DNA of 51,600 nucleotides, from contig JASGCP010000001.1 in NCBI GenBank assembly GCA_030053995.1, positions 1 through 51,600 on the forward strand. The letters are read 5' to 3'. Every line of letters begins with the position of its first letter. Within the stretch, counting starts at the first letter, position 1. The DNA comes from Phycisphaerales bacterium (GTDB lineage: Bacteria > Bacteroidota > Bacteroidia > Chitinophagales > Chitinophagaceae). The translations under genes were made by a program, and so were the position numbers. A model generated the notes under the pieces. The model saw only the letters and a program-made list of their open reading frames with translations, was not told where the DNA came from and did no database searches. Positions 32,504-40,435 of this stretch are shown here, piece by piece.

Positions 32504-33136
32504 TTAATCATTATTAACATCTTCCGTAAAAATCTTAGCTGCTGTTTCAGAAAAAACCAACACATCAGCATTAAGAATATTAAACACATTCATACCAAGC
32601 AAGGTACAATTATCAACTTTAGGTATATTACGAACACTTTTAGTAAGTGTATCTTGATATTCCTTAGTTACCCACAATGTTTTCTTAGTACTGATATTCA
32701 AGTTTTTAAGTAATTGCACAGCCTCTTTAGTTTTAGGCTCCTTGAATGATGGCTCTTCTACAATCATAATAGCCGATTCTTTAGCTTTATAAGAAAGTGC
32801 TGATACTTTAGCTAAATCCTTTTCCTTTTTATTCAGTTTTAAATGATAAAGATGCGGTTTAGGACCAAATATAGTACCACCACCTTTATACAAAGGGTTA
32901 CGAATATTTCCTTTTCTAGAACCTCCTGTACCTTTTTGTTTGTGTAATTTACGGCTAGCACCCTTTACTTCCTTTCTATTTTTAACACGATGAGTACCTT
33001 GTCGCTGTGCTGCTTGATACCGTTTTACGGCCAAATACAAAACATGGTCATTAGGTTCTATGGCAAATATATCATCAGGCAATTCTATTTTTCTACCTGT
33101 TTTCTCGCCTTTATTATTTAAAACATCTAGTTGCAT
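32504..33136 (-). CDS. rplD: 50S ribosomal protein L4
   Basis: 210 aa. ...KQKGTGGSRKGNIRNPLYKGGG... Confidence 0.95.
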   Translation of the reverse strand: MQLDVLNNKGEKTGRKIELPDDIFAIEPNDHVLYLAVKRYQAAQRQGTHRVKNRKEVKGASRKLHKQKGTGGSRKGNIRNPLYKGGGTIFGPKPHLYHLKLNKKEKDLAKVSALSYKAKESAIMIVEEPSFKEPKTKEAVQLLKNLNISTKKTLWVTKEYQDTLTKSVRNIPKVDNCTLLGMNVFNILNADVLVFSETAAKIFTEDVNND

Positions 33137-33155
33137 ATAACTGTTTTATCTTGAA

Positions 33156-33773
33156 CTAATTTTGAATAAATACCAAAGAACCATTGTATCCGGGCACCGC
33201 ACCGCTTATAAGGATATAATTTTTTTCTGGAAACACTTTTAACACTTTCAAACCTTTCACTTTAACGCGATCAGCACCCATTCTTCCTGCCATACGCATA
33301 CCCTTCATAACACGGCTAGCATCGGAAGAGTTACCTAATGAACCTGGTGCTCTATTTCTATCATGTTGACCATGCGATTGGGCACCGACACCGGAGAAAC
33401 CATGTCTTTTAACGACACCTTGGAATCCCCTACCTTTAGTTGTCCCAACCACTTCAACTTTTTCGCCTTCTTTAAATATATCAACGGTAATAACTTCACC
33501 GACATTTTTTTCCTCGTAATAATTTCTAAATTCGCGCGTAATTTTCTTAGGTGTTGTATTAGCTTTTGCAAAATGGTTTTTGAGTGCTTTAGTTGTATGC
33601 TTTTCCTTTCGCTCGCCCAATGCTAATTGAATAGCGGTGTAGCCGTCTGTTTCTTGTTTTTTCACTTGTGTTACCACACAAGGACCAGCTTCAACGATTG
33701 TACAAGCTGTTTGCTTACCATCTGTTTCAAAGATGCTCGTCATCCCTATTTTTTTACCAATAATTCCTTTCAT
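33156..33773 (-). CDS. rplC: 50S ribosomal protein L3
   Basis: MKGIIGKKIGMTSIF... Confidence 0.96.
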   Translation of the reverse strand: MKGIIGKKIGMTSIFETDGKQTACTIVEAGPCVVTQVKKQETDGYTAIQLALGERKEKHTTKALKNHFAKANTTPKKITREFRNYYEEKNVGEVITVDIFKEGEKVEVVGTTKGRGFQGVVKRHGFSGVGAQSHGQHDRNRAPGSLGNSSDASRVMKGMRMAGRMGADRVKVKGLKVLKVFPEKNYILISGAVPGYNGSLVFIQN

Positions 33774-34068
33774 CTTTAAAGAATTTAATATTTAGAGAAC
33801 AATATCATCAGAATCCGTGATAAGTGTTTTTGCTCGTATTTATGAAAGAAGATAAAAGGGATAACTTAACTACAAGTGTGTGTGTAGTTTATTTTCGCTA
33901 ATATCTTCTAACCTTTTCCTTTGTGTTCTTATTTAAAAAAGAACTCGGAAGTACTAGAAGCAAAACGCATCGCAAGGATTCGTTTTATAAACAATTCAAT
34001 TCATCCATGATTTTACTAATGCCCTTGCTCTTTTCCCGTTAGGTTGAGAGATAACATTAATAAAACTA

Positions 34069-34380
34069 TCAAGCCTTAATTTCTACTTCTACACCAGAAG
34101 GTAAATCTAATTTACTCAGTGCGTCAACTGTTTTAGAAGAAGTCGTATAAATATCCAACAATCGCTTATGGGTACAAAGTTGAAATTGCTCTCTACTTTT
34201 TTTATCCACATGGGGCGATCTTAAAACTGTAAATATCTTTTTTTTTGTAGGCAGAGGAATTGGTCCGGTAACAATGGCTCCTGTTTGCTTCACTGTTTTC
34301 ACAATTTTATCAGCTGACTTATCAACCAAATTGTGATCGAATGATTGTAACTTAATTCTTATTCGTGGAGACATATTCAT
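34069..34380 (-). CDS. rpsJ: 30S ribosomal protein S10
   Basis: ...[22 protein letters not shown]... The start may be the third codon (Met at 34374). Confidence 0.95.
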   Translation of the reverse strand: MNMSPRIRIKLQSFDHNLVDKSADKIVKTVKQTGAIVTGPIPLPTKKKIFTVLRSPHVDKKSREQFQLCTHKRLLDIYTTSSKTVDALSKLDLPSGVEVEIKA

Positions 34381-34402
34381 AATAATTCCTTTAAAGTGGG
34401 AA

Positions 34403-34410
34403 GCAAAGCT
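34403..34410 (-). promoter_or_regulatory. Bacteroidota-type -7 box (TAGCTTTG on the minus strand) for the S10 operon
   Basis: TAnnTTTG match about 23 nt upstream of the rpsJ ATG. Confidence 0.4.
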
Positions 34411-34499
34411 ACAAATATTTTTTAAATTAATCTATTTTTATTTTTTTTATTTTTTGAGCTCTACGATTAAAATTTTGCTGTCAACTACTTGCGAAGGAG

Positions 34500-35078
34500 C
34501 TAAAACTGTTCGGGTTTTTTACCGCGGGTTGCCGATTCAACAATATTCAATATTCTTTTTTCTCTTGTTTCGGGTCTTTTCGCTAAGACCAGCCACTGCA
34601 AAATTGTCTTTTTAACAGACTTACTCAATCCCATAAAAAATTGCTGTGCAAGCGGATTGACAGCTAATTGTTTTTCTAAATCTAAGGGGATTACTAAATC
34701 TTCTACATCATCTAAAATTATCCAAGACCCGTTCTTTTTTGCTTGTTCAACAATTAATAATCCTGCATCACGCATAAGCCCTTGTTCAGTAAGTCGAGCC
34801 ACCTTTTCTTTATTAATTTTAGACCATGTACTATAAACTTTTCTTTTACTAAACAGACGCGTATATTTATTTTCATCGATAGTCCCCACACGTCCATCAA
34901 TCCAACCAAAGCACAATGCCTCGTCAACCGAATCACTCCAAGTAATTGTTGCCATTTTAGAATCTGCTTTACAATAAACAAGTTTTATAGACTCTTCGAT
35001 ATGATGATTTTTTTCTAACCACTGTCGCCACTCTTGCCTATTTTTAGGATAAAACAACCCGACATCTTTATATTTCAT
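34500..35078 (-). CDS. YdeI/OmpD-associated (bacteriocin-protection) family protein
   Basis: 192 aa. The pattern ...WRQWLEKNH...CFGWIDG...STWSKINKEKV... is typical of the YdeI/OmdA family (COG4430). Confidence 0.65.
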   Translation of the reverse strand: MKYKDVGLFYPKNRQEWRQWLEKNHHIEESIKLVYCKADSKMATITWSDSVDEALCFGWIDGRVGTIDENKYTRLFSKRKVYSTWSKINKEKVARLTEQGLMRDAGLLIVEQAKKNGSWIILDDVEDLVIPLDLEKQLAVNPLAQQFFMGLSKSVKKTILQWLVLAKRPETREKRILNIVESATRGKKPEQF

Positions 35079-35199
35079 TATTTTAATGTAGTTGAGATGC
35101 TAAGTTAAAAAAATAATAGGGCTTTATAACGAAATAAGAAGAGTAAAGTAATGTCTGAACCGTGATTTATAGGATTAAATAATTGGCATGATTGTTCTT

Positions 35200-35361
35200 T
35201 TGTTCTTTGTCTGAATCACGGATGACATGGATTAAGGGATTACACGGATTATTTTGAAGTTGTTTGAAAAATGATTTTAAAAATTAAATATTTGGCTATT
35301 TTTTCCAAAAATCTGCCTAATCTTGAAGACATGACAGGTTTACAAAAATCACATGCTACTC
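35200..35361. repeat. intergenic repeat A, copy 1 (GGAT-iteron-containing element)
   Basis: About 90% identical to 38350-38511. Contains cacGGATgacatGGATtaagGGATtacacGGATt. A degenerate partial tandem copy lies at about 35148-35199, and an E-like motif (ttgagatgctaag) at about 35091. Confidence 0.8.
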
Positions 35362-36087
35362 AGTTATTTGGTTAGGGTGGCTATAATTTGTAGTAACTCT
35401 AATAAAAACTCTTTTCGGTACAAGATGTTTTTCTATTACTTGTCCCCCAATCTCTATTGCTTTTGACCCAAGTTCTATTGCTTTTACTTCAAGTTTTAGT
35501 GCGTTTGGCGTAGCCTCATGAAAAATTCTACCATGGTATTTTTTTATCCAACCAATTTGCTCATCATCTTTGTAAACTTTAACTGCAAACTTATCGTCTT
35601 GATTAGTAGATTCTAATTGATAAGTAAGAATATCTCTTATTTGCAAAGTATTTCTACAATGCTTAATCTTATTTAAACCTACTATCTCGGTAACAAAATG
35701 AAGCCCGTCAATGTAGTTATAATCAGCTAAAAATTCAAAATTATCGGTTAGCAACATTCCTTGCGTTTTACCCAACAAATAAAACTTATCATTAGCCTTA
35801 CTTTTATCTACCTCCCAAAAATTATAAAAATTATCAATATCAGGTCTGGAACTCTTTGTTAATCTTTGAGCAAATATATCCACCACATTGCCATTATACA
35901 CCTTAGTTACATCTTGAAACTCTGTATAAGGTTTAAATCCTTCTACTGTTTGTAATATTTCTTCTGAAGAATAACTAAAAGTATGCTTACCCATATCGTC
36001 TTTTTGGATTGTCCCAATAGCAGTTCTTCGCTGCCCCGCCACCCTACGCCATATTAAATATATTTTGCTAAATTCTGCTTGTATCAT
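35356..36087 (-). CDS. HipS-like N-terminal domain fused to a HIRAN domain (putative partner/antitoxin of the adjacent kinase)
   Basis: 243 aa. The N-terminal half (AIGTIQKDDMGKHTFSYS...IFAQRL...FYLLGKTQGMLLTDNFEF) follows the HipA N-subdomain-1 pattern (VGxL..F.Y...F..LLP..R....F.LL...G.D..GA). The C-terminal part (FVTEIVGL...LTYQLESTNQDDKFAVKVYKDDEQIGWIKK) is HIRAN-like. Only 1 nt separates it from the kinase stop. Confidence 0.55.
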   Translation of the reverse strand: MIQAEFSKIYLIWRRVAGQRRTAIGTIQKDDMGKHTFSYSSEEILQTVEGFKPYTEFQDVTKVYNGNVVDIFAQRLTKSSRPDIDNFYNFWEVDKSKANDKFYLLGKTQGMLLTDNFEFLADYNYIDGLHFVTEIVGLNKIKHCRNTLQIRDILTYQLESTNQDDKFAVKVYKDDEQIGWIKKYHGRIFHEATPNALKLEVKAIELGSKAIEIGGQVIEKHLVPKRVFIRVTTNYSHPNQITE

Positions 36088-36088
36088 T

Positions 36089-37054
36089 TTATTTGTTATT
36101 TTTAAGAATTGCTCTTAGCTTAGCGATACGCAAAGTTAAGAGTTTAATAATTAATGCTTTTCTTTCTTTAGGAATGCAATGCGATTTCATATTACAGGGT
36201 ATTACCTCATCTATTTCAAGCATTATATTTTGAATAATTGCCTCATCAAATTTTTCTATAAAAACAGATGCATCTTTAAGTTGTTCATTATAAACTGGAT
36301 CGGCTAACATTTTCTCAACCAAATCAAAATGACTAATTTTTTGACCCTTCCAATGCAATTCACTCTTTCCACCCGCAATATATTTTTCTAAATCTTGTTC
36401 ATTATTTAATAACCCATTCACGCTTTCATCAGTCAATTCTCGTGCCAAAGAGCTACCATTATCATATATGGGCGCTGTTTTATAATAATTAGGATCATGG
36501 ACAAATGCGGTGTTGGGTTTACCAATAAAAGCCCAATTTTCTTGATGTCTATCTGTATTTCCGATAACAGCATCAAATAGTAGCGTTTCAAAAAAGAAAT
36601 TATTAAATTTTTCTAATTCAAATTTTTGTAATGTTTCCATTAACAGTTGAAAAGTATATTGCTTTCTTGTTTCAGTTTTATCAGGTTCAAAATCCTGATT
36701 TATTGCTATCATAAACTTACCAACTTCTATTAAATTTGTGTCATCTATAACAGTCATATTGGGACTTATACATCCTAATTCATTATCGAAAAGTGCAATG
36801 TCATATCTAAGAATGTCTAATCCTAAACTTTTCCCTAATTGATAGGCAATAATTTCATTGTAGAATTCATAACGATAATATTTTTCTGGTTTATTATCTT
36901 TAGATAGTGTTTTTGCAGAATATTTAAGATAAAACTGCTTGCCGTTAGCATCTTGTAATATTTTTTTTGCTCTGGTACCACCACTGGCATGCCAAGATAA
37001 TTGTTCCCATTTTGAAGCATCAATAAACTTTATATCCACCTGATAACTGCACAT
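36089..37054 (-). CDS. HipA-family Ser/Thr kinase, HipT-like (core kinase without N-subdomain 1)
   Basis: Catalytic motif GNTDRHQENWAF, Mg-binding APIYDNGSSL and a Gly-rich loop HASGGTRAKK. The ATG at 37054 is preferred. The ORF track extends to a GTG at 37120 through a Tyr-rich, improbable leader. Confidence 0.8.
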   Translation of the reverse strand: MCSYQVDIKFIDASKWEQLSWHASGGTRAKKILQDANGKQFYLKYSAKTLSKDNKPEKYYRYEFYNEIIAYQLGKSLGLDILRYDIALFDNELGCISPNMTVIDDTNLIEVGKFMIAINQDFEPDKTETRKQYTFQLLMETLQKFELEKFNNFFFETLLFDAVIGNTDRHQENWAFIGKPNTAFVHDPNYYKTAPIYDNGSSLARELTDESVNGLLNNEQDLEKYIAGGKSELHWKGQKISHFDLVEKMLADPVYNEQLKDASVFIEKFDEAIIQNIMLEIDEVIPCNMKSHCIPKERKALIIKLLTLRIAKLRAILKNNK

Positions 37055-37303
37055 AGAAATTTTTGAAGAGTCCCAACAGTAATAATAGTAAATAAAATGG
37101 TAAAAAGAATGTAAACGCACATGGACAATTTCATTAGTAGCATTGTAAAACTATACAATTAATGGTTAATGCGTGATGATATAGTATTTAATAAATATGG
37201 GCAATTACAAAATCATTAAACATTGCTATGTCTTATCAGGATTCAATTGCTTCCAGATTGATATAGAGGACAAATAAATTCAATAAAAAAGGGTAGAAAC
37301 GCA

Positions 37304-37420
37304 ACATGCTATATCGCCACCTTTTGACATCTATTTTTTTTGAAACAGTTGCTGGTTAGTTTTTTGCAAGGGGGGGAATAGAAAAGTTAAATGCAGTTGC
37401 ATTAGCTGATTATTTCGTAG
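37304..37420. repeat. intergenic repeat B, copy 1
   Basis: acatgcta...gttgctggttagttttttgcaagggggg...gcattagctgattatttc aligns with 38501-38612. Confidence 0.7.
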
Positions 37421-37512
37421 AGATGCGTATTTGCATAATTAGCAGTTTTACGCACAAACTTACATAGAAAAGATGTAGCTTCGCAAAATTATTAATTTAA
37501 AATTAAAAGTAT

Positions 37513-37926
37513 ATGCTTAAAAATGTTCTGAAGTATTGTAATTTTTTCTGTCCATGTATTTTATTAAGTTTGACACTATTTGGTTGTGGTGTTTTTCGCC
37601 AATCGCAAACGCCACAAAGGGATTTCACAAATAATGACTGGGTATGGAAAAGTCCCGAAGATAATTTTAGAACAATCGGTAGAGTCGGCGGTTCTTCAAG
37701 TGCAACATATGTACTTGGCATCGGTGGACTTTCACACAAAACCCTGATTGAAAGGGCTATAGATTCTATGTATGCACACGCAAATTTTAACGAACAAGAG
37801 GATGGTACAACTATTATCAACCAAACACGCGAATATAGATACGCTGGTTTTTTTCCTTTTTACTTTAACTTAACAGTAACCGTTCGCGGTACGCTTGTTC
37901 AAGTAAAGAAGCCAAATAACAGATAG
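37513..37926 (+). CDS. hypothetical lipoprotein
   Basis: 137 aa. Lipobox LTLFGC. Followed by a strong terminator. Confidence 0.6.
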   Translation: MLKNVLKYCNFFCPCILLSLTLFGCGVFRQSQTPQRDFTNNDWVWKSPEDNFRTIGRVGGSSSATYVLGIGGLSHKTLIERAIDSMYAHANFNEQEDGTTIINQTREYRYAGFFPFYFNLTVTVRGTLVQVKKPNNR

Positions 37927-37953
37927 ATTGTTTTTACGGCATGATAACCACAA

Positions 37954-37994
37954 AAGGCAAAATAAATTATCTAATAATCTATTTTGCCTTTTTT
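37954..37994 (+). terminator. Rho-independent terminator
   Basis: 10-bp perfect stem aaggcaaaat/attttgcctt (37954-37963 / 37981-37990), then TTTT. Confidence 0.6.
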
Positions 37995-38349
37995 CTAACT
38001 ATTTTTATTATACTATCATTCAGGCATCAACAATAAACATATAGCTTTAAGGGGATAGAAGTATCAGAATGAAAAGAAATAAAGAAACAGCCTATATCAT
38101 ACTAAGAAAATAATTGCTTAAAATTCAATTGGGATACTAATCATCATTATAATTATTATCGTTGGAATTAGTATTTTGTTGAAGCAATAACAATTTTTTA
38201 TTTATTACCCTAATTTCGCAAGTAGTTTAGGCAAAGAAGGTTAAAAGCCTTTAAAATAAAGGGGGTTAAATATTTGGGCTAAATCATATTTTGAGGTGCT
38301 AAGATGTTTTAGGGGTGGTGGAAAAATGTTGTTATTTTTGTATGGAAAT

Positions 38350-38612
38350 TGCTCTTTTGTCTGAATCACGGATTACACGGATTAAGGGGATTACACAGAT
38401 TATTTGGTACTTGTTTAAAAAATGATTTAAAAAATTAAATGCTTGGATATTTTTCCAAAAATCTGCCTAATCTTGAAGACATGACAGGTTTACCAAAATC
38501 ACATGCTACTCTTGATATAGTATTGTGCATAACGATTGCAGGTTATTTTTTTGCAAGGGGGGATATGCGAAAATTAACTGTAATTGCATTAGCCAATTAT
38601 TTCATTGTATAG
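38350..38612. repeat. intergenic repeats A+B, copy 2 (uninterrupted)
   Basis: A (38350-38511) runs directly into B (38501-38612). Preceded by E motif gctaaatcatattttgaggtgctaaga (38278-38304), which also occurs at 8565-8591 (24/27). Confidence 0.8.
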
Positions 38613-38651
38613 GTTAATTTTCTGTAGTTTGAGAGACATTCGTATTTGTAA

Positions 38652-40433
38652 TTAATGCTGTATTAGCTTTTTATCTATTGCGTAATAAAATGAAAATTCA
38701 TCATCTAGTTTTTGTAGATATATTTTTACATCTTCGTCTAAATATTGGTAAGAACTAAGTACATCCTTATCTGTAATGATAATAGTGTGTCTTTTAGCAC
38801 GACTGGTTGCAACATTAAATAACCGCTTCTCTAAAGAATGATTATACCCTGCATTAGGAATTACAAATATCGCTACATCGGTTGTTAAACCTTGTATCCG
38901 TGCGACCGTTTCTATAAGTAAATTTTTATGATTCCCAATTTTTTGATAAATAAATTTTTGTAAGGCTTTTACAGTGTCTATATAATTGCTTAAAACAGAA
39001 ATGTGCAAAGACGCATTGCTTTGTAGTAAATGTATTACTAAAGCTAACGCAATTTCTAAAACATTTATGGGCTTTTTGTTACCAATTTCTAAATCTGTTT
39101 TAATAAGCGTAGGTCCCCCTTGTGCATTAAAAAATACACCTAAGTCGTCAAGTGTTTTTGGAAAAATTAAAGACCTATCTTCTTTCGTTTTAGATTGTAA
39201 ACTATTATTATAAAATAACCCTGTATATTTTGCAGCCCTGCTTGTTAATCGATATGATTCAGTTAACTGAAAAATAAGAATTGATGAAGAAGCTGATAGT
39301 GCTTTTAATCCATCAACCAAAAAGATGAAATTCTTTTTGCTCACCCTATCTTCATTTAACGAAACGACCGGCGGTAATTGCTTTGTATCACCTATCCAAA
39401 TATTTTTTTTACCTAAAAGTTTCGCAACTGCAAACATACCCAGCAAGGCTTGACTTGCTTCATCGATAATTACATAATCGAAAGGGGGCATATCTGTTAT
39501 GTTTGTCGCTTCGCTGCTGGCTATAAAAAAAGTTGTTAGGACTAAATTACTTGGTTGTGGCAATAAACTATTTGTTGATTTTAAGTGCGGTGTATTTTTA
39601 TTTTCATCTACAGAAACTTTGGTTTTGAAAATTTTACCTTCCTGCAACATATCAGCCAATGCCGGTTTTCCGGCAACTTCAATCAATGCTCTATTAGTAA
39701 GTGCCGTTACTAAAACAGATTTTCCTTGTGTGCACAATTGTTTACATATTGCCGCAATTTGATATGTTTTTCCTGTTCCGGGTGGACCAATTAAAACAAC
39801 TTGATCGGTTAGCTGTAATTGATTAATTATTAAACTGGGTATATTTTGATGCGTATTAAGCAAAGAAGGTGTCAAATTGCTATCTCTAAAAGACTGATCC
39901 AAAATGAAATTTACACCTTTGGTAAAGTTGTTCTGTGCAATTGTTTGTAAATTAGCAATATACTCAAAAGGCGGTTTAACTGGTCCCAAAAGCAAAATCA
40001 TTTTTTCAGCCTTTGAAATATTTTCTGCAAATTCTAAGTCCACACCACGAAAGCCGGCAATGCAAAAATCATTTTCCACTTTACCGTTTAAATCTTTGGA
40101 AGGACTATGCCACACACAAACAGTTTCAGTAAAATTAGCTTTTGCTTTAATTAAGTCGCCATAAGTTCTATCACCCCAATTTCTGTAATCCCGCAATTCC
40201 TTGGGCACCGTAAAGCAGTACAAATAGGCACTCGTACGAGGTAGCCCCCGCTTTGTTGACAATTTTAAAATCATCTCTCCGTCCTTAAAATTTAAAAATT
40301 GTGCAACGAAAAGTTCTTCGCGATCTTGTAATAACGAAATAGCCTTAGTATCTAACTTTTGATTAAAAACTCGTGTTTGTGCTTGAAGTTCTTCTTCAAG
40401 AAAACCGCAATGTTCCTCTCTTGTGTACTTCAT
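38652..40433 (-). CDS. Superfamily 1B helicase, Upf1/Dna2-like (AAA_11/AAA_12 type)
   Basis: 593 aa. Walker A LIGPPGTGKT, motif II VIIDEASQ, motif III WIGDTKQLPPV, motif V RIQGLTTDVAIF and motif VI NVATSRAKRHTIII. About 190 aa of N-terminal domain are of unknown type. Confidence 0.85.
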   Translation of the reverse strand: MKYTREEHCGFLEEELQAQTRVFNQKLDTKAISLLQDREELFVAQFLNFKDGEMILKLSTKRGLPRTSAYLYCFTVPKELRDYRNWGDRTYGDLIKAKANFTETVCVWHSPSKDLNGKVENDFCIAGFRGVDLEFAENISKAEKMILLLGPVKPPFEYIANLQTIAQNNFTKGVNFILDQSFRDSNLTPSLLNTHQNIPSLIINQLQLTDQVVLIGPPGTGKTYQIAAICKQLCTQGKSVLVTALTNRALIEVAGKPALADMLQEGKIFKTKVSVDENKNTPHLKSTNSLLPQPSNLVLTTFFIASSEATNITDMPPFDYVIIDEASQALLGMFAVAKLLGKKNIWIGDTKQLPPVVSLNEDRVSKKNFIFLVDGLKALSASSSILIFQLTESYRLTSRAAKYTGLFYNNSLQSKTKEDRSLIFPKTLDDLGVFFNAQGGPTLIKTDLEIGNKKPINVLEIALALVIHLLQSNASLHISVLSNYIDTVKALQKFIYQKIGNHKNLLIETVARIQGLTTDVAIFVIPNAGYNHSLEKRLFNVATSRAKRHTIIITDKDVLSSYQYLDEDVKIYLQKLDDEFSFYYAIDKKLIQH

Positions 40434-40435
40434 GT

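Noticed and set aside
19954-33626. Numerous 60-100-aa plus-strand ORFs inside the ribosomal protein genes (for example 20285-20530, 25487-25780, 29905-30174, 31041-31250, 32429-32713 and 33363-33626).
   Set aside because: All are antisense to, or frame-shifted within, highly conserved ribosomal genes. Their products are low-complexity, as expected by chance in AT-rich DNA.
37121-37512. Search for a HipB-like HTH antitoxin ORF upstream of the Hip kinase.
   Set aside because: Manual translation of the minus strand gives only ORFs of about 23 aa or fewer, without HTH character. The region is occupied by repeat B and a possible TAAGTTTG box (37455-37462).
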